Part shown: piece after piece, positions 58,260-64,000 of the stretch
Position numbering within the stretch: position 1 is the first letter of the stretch
Layout: each line of letters begins with the position of its first letter
The notes under the pieces: model-generated
Told to the model about the DNA's origin: nothing
The model's input: the letters and a program-made list of their open reading frames with translations, nothing else
Database searches by the model: none
NCBI GenBank assembly: GCA_040392345.1
Contig: JBEBWI010000001.1
Location: 19,181 to 83,180, forward strand
DNA from: Leucobacter soli
Lineage (GTDB): Bacteria; Actinomycetota; Actinomycetes; Actinomycetales; Microbacteriaceae
Direction: 5' to 3'
DNA: 64,000 nt
Program-made: the position numbers and the translations under genes

Positions 58260-59165
58260 ATGTCTCATCTCGCCAACAGAGATCTCGATCTCCTCGCTTG
58301 CCTGCGGGTGCTGCTCGAAGAGGCGAATGTGACCCGTGCCGCGGAGCGCCTGCGGATGGGACAGCCGGCGATGAGCGTTGCGCTCTCGCGGCTTCGCCAG
58401 CAGTTCTCGGATGAGCTGCTGGTACGAGTTGGGAGGGATCTGGAGCTCACGCCGTTCGCGAGTTCGCTCCGCGCACCCGTCGAGCGAGCGGTCACGCTCA
58501 TCGAGACCGCGCTCGGCTCCTCGGAGCCCTTCGAGCCCGCGCGCGCCCGCAAGACCTTCTCGCTGGTAGCCCCGGACCACGTCGCAGCCCTGCTCTGGCC
58601 GGCGGTTTCTCGGATCCTGACGGAGGCTCCCGGAATCTCACTCGAGATCAAGCCCGTCGCATCCGAGCCGCTCTCTTCGGATCGGATGCTGCTGCGCGAA
58701 GACTACTTCGCGGTGCCGCCGGTCGGGGACACCATGAGTGAAAGCATGGTGATCGCGCGCGACGTATACGTGGGCCTCCTCGATCGCGACAATCCGTTGA
58801 GACCCGCACCTGGCGGACCGATCGACTGGGACTCCTTCAAGACGCTCCCGCACGCGGTTGCGAAAGCCGAGACCGAGTTCCGCTCCCCCGTCGATCTGAT
58901 GCTCGGCGAGCTGGGGTTCGCCCGGGAGCCCGTTGTCAGAGTCTCGAGCTACCTGCAGCTTCCGACGGTCGTCTCCGGCACAAGCCTCCTCGCGGTGCTC
59001 CCCTCCTCCGTCGCGGAGCAACTCGCTCCCGCAACCGGCACGATCGTCGTCGAGCTGCCGTTCGGCCCGGTCGAGAAGATATCGTCGCTCTGGTGGCATC
59101 CGGCCCGTCGCAACGACCCCAGTCACGTCTGGTTCACTTCACGCCTGCTGCGAGAGCTTTCATGA
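58260..59165 (+). CDS. LysR regulator (type A, pair 2)
   Basis: DLDLLACLRVLLEEANVTRAA; DELLVRVGRDLELTPFA. Confidence 0.92.
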   Translation: MSHLANRDLDLLACLRVLLEEANVTRAAERLRMGQPAMSVALSRLRQQFSDELLVRVGRDLELTPFASSLRAPVERAVTLIETALGSSEPFEPARARKTFSLVAPDHVAALLWPAVSRILTEAPGISLEIKPVASEPLSSDRMLLREDYFAVPPVGDTMSESMVIARDVYVGLLDRDNPLRPAPGGPIDWDSFKTLPHAVAKAETEFRSPVDLMLGELGFAREPVVRVSSYLQLPTVVSGTSLLAVLPSSVAEQLAPATGTIVVELPFGPVEKISSLWWHPARRNDPSHVWFTSRLLRELS

Positions 59166-60097
59166 CCGCCGCCTCCCGCCCCAATGCGAACCTCATCGTC
59201 ATCCTCGACGCGATCCTCACGCATCGCAATCTGACCCGCGCGGGAGAATCGATCGGCATGGCGCAGCCTTCGATGAGCGGAGCCCTTTCTCGTCTCCGAG
59301 AGCTGCTGGGAGATCCGCTGCTGGTGCGCAGCGGCCGCATCTCCGAGCTCACGCCCACGGCGGAATCACTGATCCCGTTGGTTCGCCAGGCACTCATCGA
59401 GGTCGAGCAGATCTACGCCACAAGATCCGATTTCGACCCGGCGAGCTCCAGGCGGTTCTTCCTCGTGTCGGCTTCAGAAGAGGTCATCGTCGAGCTCGGC
59501 GCCTCGGTCGCGGCGATTCTGCATCGGGAAGCGCCCCTCGCGACAGTCGATTTCGAACAGGTGTCGGATCCCGATGCCGAGAGCCTGGAATCCCTTCTGC
59601 AACGACGCGACGCGGTTATTCTGCCCGGCGCGCAAAGCCCCTCGTCGCGGAAGCTCTCGCTGTACTCGGAGCGCCTCGTCATCGTGGTCGACCAGTCGCA
59701 TCCGCTTCTCGACGGCGATCGTCTGGAGAACGAGGCGCTGCGGGGCATGCAGCGGATCGTGGGGGCGGAGAACGCCTACTCGGCGAGAGCGGCCGAGATG
59801 CTGGAGATCGCGGGGGTGAGCCCCACCCCGGTCGTGTGCGGTGCGCCCACCGCCGTGCTTCCTCAGATGGTGATCGGCACCCCCTACTTCGCCGTGGTTC
59901 CGGAGCGCATGGCTTTGCGGGCCATCGACTCGGGCATCACCATCGCAGTCACCGGAGGCCTCCGCTCGTCGACGATCGTCGAAGCCGCGCACTGGCATGT
60001 CAGCCGCAGTGACGATGCCGCGCTGCAATGGTTTCTCAAAGTGCTTCGGCGTGCAGCAGAAGACGTCGAATTCCCCGAAGGTCTCGACGCCCTCTAG
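59162..60097 (+). CDS. LysR regulator (type B, pair 2)
   Basis: NANLIVILDAILTHRNLTRAG; ATGA overlap. Confidence 0.92.
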   Translation: MTAASRPNANLIVILDAILTHRNLTRAGESIGMAQPSMSGALSRLRELLGDPLLVRSGRISELTPTAESLIPLVRQALIEVEQIYATRSDFDPASSRRFFLVSASEEVIVELGASVAAILHREAPLATVDFEQVSDPDAESLESLLQRRDAVILPGAQSPSSRKLSLYSERLVIVVDQSHPLLDGDRLENEALRGMQRIVGAENAYSARAAEMLEIAGVSPTPVVCGAPTAVLPQMVIGTPYFAVVPERMALRAIDSGITIAVTGGLRSSTIVEAAHWHVSRSDDAALQWFLKVLRRAAEDVEFPEGLDAL

Positions 60098-60099
60098 AG

Positions 60100-60130
60100 G
60101 GTCGCCCCGCGCTGAAGGGGCCGGGCGCAT
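60100..60130 (+). repeat. 31-bp direct repeat, right copy
   Basis: GGTCGCCCCGCGCTGAAGGGGCCGGGCGCAT. Confidence 0.85.
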
Positions 60131-60145
60131 GTACACTGCTCTTCG

Positions 60146-60523
60146 ATGAGACGTTGGGTTGTATTGGCCGCTGCGATCGCGTTCGAGGTCACGGCTTCCT
60201 TGTCATTGAGCGCGGCTCAGCACGCCCCGGCATTCTTCGCAGTCGTAGTCGTCGGGTACGTCGCCGCCTTCGTCGGGCTCAGCGTCGTGCTTCGGTGGGG
60301 CATGCCGCTCGCGGTCGCCTACGGCATCTGGGGAGCGGTCGGAGTCGCTCTGACGGCGCTGCTCGGTGCCGTGCTCTTCGACGACCCGCTGACCTGGCCG
60401 ATGATCCTCGGCATCCTGCTGATCATGATCGGAGTCGGGCTCGTCGAGGCGGGGCGACCACATCACCTCAAACCGGCTACTGCTCTCACGCACGATACGA
60501 ATAGGGAGCGATGGCCATCCTGA
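60146..60523 (+). CDS. SMR/DMT small multidrug exporter subunit
   Basis: AIAFEV (membrane Glu), AYGIW. Confidence 0.88.
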   Translation: MRRWVVLAAAIAFEVTASLSLSAAQHAPAFFAVVVVGYVAAFVGLSVVLRWGMPLAVAYGIWGAVGVALTALLGAVLFDDPLTWPMILGILLIMIGVGLVEAGRPHHLKPATALTHDTNRERWPS

Positions 60524-60825
60524 CACTCGCGGCCGCGATCCTCTTCGAGGTCGCGGGGACGCTCGCGTTGCGGAACGCGAGCGTGGGGAACCGCGCCTGG
60601 TACGCGCTCGTCGCCATCCTGTACCCGGCATCGTTCGCGCTGCTCTACGTGACGCTCACACTGGGAATGAGCATCGGTGCCGCCTACGGCATCTGGACGG
60701 CCTGCGGCGTGGTTCTCACCGCGCTCGCCGGCTGGCTGCTCTTCGGCGAACGGATCACCGGGCTGATGGCGCTCGGCTTCGCATTGATCGTCGGGGGCGT
60801 GCTGCTGGTGCACCTGGGCGCGTGA
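60511..60825 (+). CDS. SMR/DMT small multidrug exporter subunit (paired)
   Basis: AILFEV, AYGIW; overlaps partner by 13 nt. Confidence 0.88.
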   Translation: MAILTLAAAILFEVAGTLALRNASVGNRAWYALVAILYPASFALLYVTLTLGMSIGAAYGIWTACGVVLTALAGWLLFGERITGLMALGFALIVGGVLLVHLGA

Positions 60826-60895
60826 CGCGCAGGCGCCCGCACGCCCCGACGACATCGCCGAACGGCTTCGATCGGCACCCGGGTGGCGGAACGAG

Positions 60896-61810
60896 CTACG
60901 GCAGGACGACGATCTTGCCCGGCGCGTGCGAGGTCTCCAACGCCTGGAATGCTTCCACCACCGAATCGAGCGGGAACGTCTGCGCGATCGGGAAGACCAG
61001 GCTGCCGTCCGCCACCTGCTCGGCGATCGACGCGAGATTCTGCGTGGTGCGCGAGCCGCGCTCGACGTTCAGTACGCCGAGCTCCTCGATCGCCGCATAC
61101 GCCGCGATCGCCGCCATACGATCGACGGGAACCCCGAGCACCACCCCGGCGTCCAGCGCCTCCCGGCCGTGGCAGTCGTACACCGCAGTCACCTGGCCGA
61201 GTTCGCGCACGCGGTCGGCGAGGCCCTCGCCATAGGCCACAGGGATCACCCCTGCCGAACGCAGCATTTCATGGTTGCGCGGGTTCGCGGTCGCGATCAC
61301 CTGCGCACCCGTCGCCGCAGCGAGCTGGGCCACCAGGAAACCGACCGCCCCTGATCCACCCCCGACAAGCACAGTGTCACCCGCACCGACCGAAACGGTG
61401 TGCAGCACCGACACCGCTGTGAGGCCCGGCACGTGCAGGCTGCCCGCAGCCTCGATCGAAAGGCCCTCCGGGCGGCGCGTCAGGTTCTCGGCACGCACCA
61501 CGACATGCTCGGCCAGGGCACCGGCGCCGTGCCCGAGCACGTCATCGCCGACTGCGACCGGGGTGCCGTCCCAGTAGGTCGCGCCCTGGCCCACGGCGGT
61601 CACCGTGCCTGCGAGGTCTGACCCGAGACGCCGCGGGAACGGGGTCTCGACGGGGAAGAACCCGCTGCGCATCTTCGCGTCGAAGGGGTTGATGCCCGCA
61701 GCGCGCACCCGAACCGCGACCTTGCCCTCACCGGGATCGGGCGTCTGCACCTCGCGAATGCGAAGCACCTCGGGGCCGCCTACTTCGTCGTACTGCACTA
61801 CTCGGGTCAT
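60896..61810 (-). CDS. NADP-dependent quinone oxidoreductase (MDR)
   Basis: GGPEVL, AAGINPFD, GGSGAVG, GKIVV. Confidence 0.92.
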   Translation of the reverse strand: MTRVVQYDEVGGPEVLRIREVQTPDPGEGKVAVRVRAAGINPFDAKMRSGFFPVETPFPRRLGSDLAGTVTAVGQGATYWDGTPVAVGDDVLGHGAGALAEHVVVRAENLTRRPEGLSIEAAGSLHVPGLTAVSVLHTVSVGAGDTVLVGGGSGAVGFLVAQLAAATGAQVIATANPRNHEMLRSAGVIPVAYGEGLADRVRELGQVTAVYDCHGREALDAGVVLGVPVDRMAAIAAYAAIEELGVLNVERGSRTTQNLASIAEQVADGSLVFPIAQTFPLDSVVEAFQALETSHAPGKIVVLP

Positions 61811-61878
61811 CGTCGCTCCGTATACTCTCGGCTTCGTGTTCTCGCGACCACGCGGCAGGCAGGCGCCCACCGCAATGG

Positions 61879-62397
61879 TCAATCGAAATGACGGGCGATC
61901 TGCTCGGGTTCGAGCTGCACCGCCCAGCCTTCAATGGTGCCAGAATTCTCGTACTCCTCGATCTGCAGAATTCGTCGGCCGTGCTCGACGACGTGGTCGA
62001 GCCCGGTGCGAACGAACGCCGCGATCGAGAACCAGGCCTGCTCCTCCCAAGCTGCACCGCCCAGTACGAGCACGTTGGCGTCGATGATGCGGCGCGCGGA
62101 CATCGCCTCGTTCGGAGAACTCGTCGTGATGGCCCGCGCGCCGTTGATCTTGTTCGCGGCGACGACTCCCGCCAAGGGTTCGCCGACGACCAGTACCGCG
62201 AACGCGTCGATTCCAGCGTCCTGATCCTCGACCACCGACTTGCCGACGCGCACGGCGAACACCGGGTAGTCGTCGCCCGGGTCGAGCGCATCGGCGCCGT
62301 GCCAGACGACCTCGTGCCCGGCAGCGGTCGCACGCTGCTCCAGCGCTCGCGCCAGTTCGTACCCGCCGTGGTCGGCGGCGAAGTGAATACGTGTCAT
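61879..62397 (-). CDS. RpiB/LacA/LacB-family protein, atypical active site
   Basis: ADHGGY, DDYP, AANKINGARA, DANVLVLG. Confidence 0.82.
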   Translation of the reverse strand: MTRIHFAADHGGYELARALEQRATAAGHEVVWHGADALDPGDDYPVFAVRVGKSVVEDQDAGIDAFAVLVVGEPLAGVVAANKINGARAITTSSPNEAMSARRIIDANVLVLGGAAWEEQAWFSIAAFVRTGLDHVVEHGRRILQIEEYENSGTIEGWAVQLEPEQIARHFD

Positions 62398-62401
62398 ATT
62401 C

Positions 62402-63805
62402 TCAGAGCTCCCAATGGTTCTTGTTCAAAGTGGCGGGATCTTTCGCAAGGTACCGTGCGAAGCGCCCGTCGGGGTCGCGATCGGCGATGATCCGCTGCAG
62501 ACGCGCGTAGTTGTCGTCGGCCATGAACTTGAGCTGGCGATTCGTGAAATCGCTGTCGCCCAGATACTGGCCGGCGGTCACGGGCTGCGCATGCGCCATG
62601 ACCTCGTTCAACCAGTCGCGGTTGCGCTGATAATCAGAGGGGTCGTCGTACACGGTGTAGCTCGCGACGTACGCCTCGGTCTGCAGCGAGAACGCCATGT
62701 CGGGCAGCTCGCGCCGCATCGGGGCGTTGCTCATCCAGATGGCGAAACCCTTCTCCGTCGGGTTCGTCGTGAACAGCGGGCGGATCCCCTCGACCATCGC
62801 GGCGATGCCCTCGGGGGTGTTCTCGCCGTCGACCCAGAGGTTGTCGCAGATGTACTGCGCGTGCTCGGGGTTCTGCAGCTCCTGCTGAGCGCGATGCTCG
62901 GCGAGGCTCGACTCGGCGCAGTCCATCACGAAGATCGCGCGGTCGATGACCGGGCACTCGTTGAACGGAGCGAGCGCGGCCCTCGCCGATTCGTGGTCGT
63001 CCTCGAATGCGACACCCGTCACCAGGAACACGCGGCGGGTCTCACCGCCTGGCAGCGGGGTCGGGGTGCAGACCGCGACGATCTCGACATTCGTCGAGAT
63101 CTCATGATGCGCCCGGTAGAGCCAGGTCATGACCTCGGCGAAATCCTCGAGCTCGTACGCATGCACGGTGTGCCCGAGGAAGCCGAATTTGGGGCGGGTG
63201 CGAATGTGGAACCGCACCACGATGCCTGGGAACGAGGGACCCGCGCCGCGCGCGGCCCAGTACAGGTCGCTGTTCTGATCAGCATCGGCCCGCACCAGCT
63301 CGCCTTCCGCGGTGACCACGTCGACGGCGACGACCGACTCGGCCGCCCATCCCCAGCCGCGCTGATTCCAGCCCTGCCCGCCCTGCAGCAGGAAGCCGCC
63401 GATGCCGACCGAGGGGCAGTGGCCGCCGTTGAAGAACCGACCGCGCTCTTCGAGGAACGGCGACAGCTGGTCGCCGCCCTTCGTCGCCGGCCCGGCACTG
63501 ACGATCTCCGTCGCCTCGTCGTAGCTGATGGTGTTCAGTGCGCCGAGATCGATGAGCAGCCCGCCGTCGCGCACGCTCCATGCCGCCCAGGCGTGGCCGC
63601 CGGAGCGCACCGCGACCGTCCAGCCCTGTTCGTTCGCGAGTCTCACGCCTGAGGCGACATCCTGCTCGCTGGCAGCCAGCAGCACCGCGTCGGGGCGACG
63701 ATCTGGGCGGCGCCCGTTGAACACGCGGCCGAGTACGGCTTCTTCGAAATCGGCCTCAGTCGGCAGCACGAGCCTGCCGTCGAACTGATCGGTCGAAAGG
63801 GTCAT
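62402..63805 (-). CDS. FAD-linked oxidase (BBE/6-hydroxy-D-nicotine oxidase family)
   Basis: VRSGGH, GHCPSVGIGG, DLYWAARGAG, DPDGRF. Confidence 0.9.
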   Translation of the reverse strand: MTLSTDQFDGRLVLPTEADFEEAVLGRVFNGRRPDRRPDAVLLAASEQDVASGVRLANEQGWTVAVRSGGHAWAAWSVRDGGLLIDLGALNTISYDEATEIVSAGPATKGGDQLSPFLEERGRFFNGGHCPSVGIGGFLLQGGQGWNQRGWGWAAESVVAVDVVTAEGELVRADADQNSDLYWAARGAGPSFPGIVVRFHIRTRPKFGFLGHTVHAYELEDFAEVMTWLYRAHHEISTNVEIVAVCTPTPLPGGETRRVFLVTGVAFEDDHESARAALAPFNECPVIDRAIFVMDCAESSLAEHRAQQELQNPEHAQYICDNLWVDGENTPEGIAAMVEGIRPLFTTNPTEKGFAIWMSNAPMRRELPDMAFSLQTEAYVASYTVYDDPSDYQRNRDWLNEVMAHAQPVTAGQYLGDSDFTNRQLKFMADDNYARLQRIIADRDPDGRFARYLAKDPATLNKNHWEL

Positions 63806-63861
63806 CTTCGAACTCCTTGAGATTCGGGCGCGGCAGCACCGCCGCGTATGTGGCTCCGAGC

Positions 63862-64000
63862 CTATGACTCGCGGTTTCGCGAGGCCAGGCTGAGTGACTG
63901 ATGGCTACCATCGCGCAGGATCATCCACGAGAGCCAGGCCGCGACGGTCGCGGCCGCGACGAGAATCGCGAAGGGCGAGAGACTCGCACCGCCGCCGAGC
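63862..64000 (-). CDS. 3' end of a membrane protein, probably MFS (partial)
   Basis: Frame LGGGASLSPFAILVAAATVAAWLSWMILR...stop resembles the Bcr-type C-terminus at 24322. Confidence 0.55.
   Translation of the reverse strand, partial: LGGGASLSPFAILVAAATVAAWLSWMILRDGSHQSLSLASRNRES

Noticed and set aside
47277-60130. 31-bp repeats as CRISPR repeats or prophage att sites
   Set aside because: Only two copies 12.8 kb apart; no cas, phage, integrase or tRNA gene
143-63788. Many long antisense or overlapping ORFs (e.g. 17238-19232, 31855-33399, 37127-39121)
   Set aside because: Shadow ORFs expected from high-GC codon bias; no motifs, and they lie over well-supported genes

Overview
High-GC actinobacterial DNA (gene style resembles Microbacteriaceae; inference) that is almost entirely an aromatic/amine catabolic island of about 60 CDS. 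I saw no rRNA, tRNA, CRISPR, transposase or integrase. Left to right: (i) a translationally coupled minus-strand operon: CoA-transferase, phdK-phdI-phdJ-like 1-hydroxy-2-naphthoate cleavage genes, extradiol dioxygenase, class II aldolase; (ii) a divergent NtaA-type monooxygenase, flavin amine oxidase, MFS and FMN reductase, plus a TetR, with four copies of a 22-bp palindromic operator; (iii) a sugar-type ABC importer and a cyclase/FAH/ABM/LysR block; (iv) three paralogous peptide-type ABC importers, each with a fused permease-ATPase, two translationally coupled tandem LysR pairs and two NTF2/SnoaL genes with a 557-bp nearly identical core; (v) a 12.8-kb module bracketed by a 31-bp direct repeat; (vi) paired SMR exporters, a degenerate RpiB and a covalent-FAD oxidase. 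The best candidate for an undescribed system is the recurring cassette of a two-subtype LysR pair, a fused ABC importer and an NTF2-fold enzyme. Start codons were re-called by hand from RBSs and stop/start overlaps. Family calls come from motifs and recalled sequences, not database searches.
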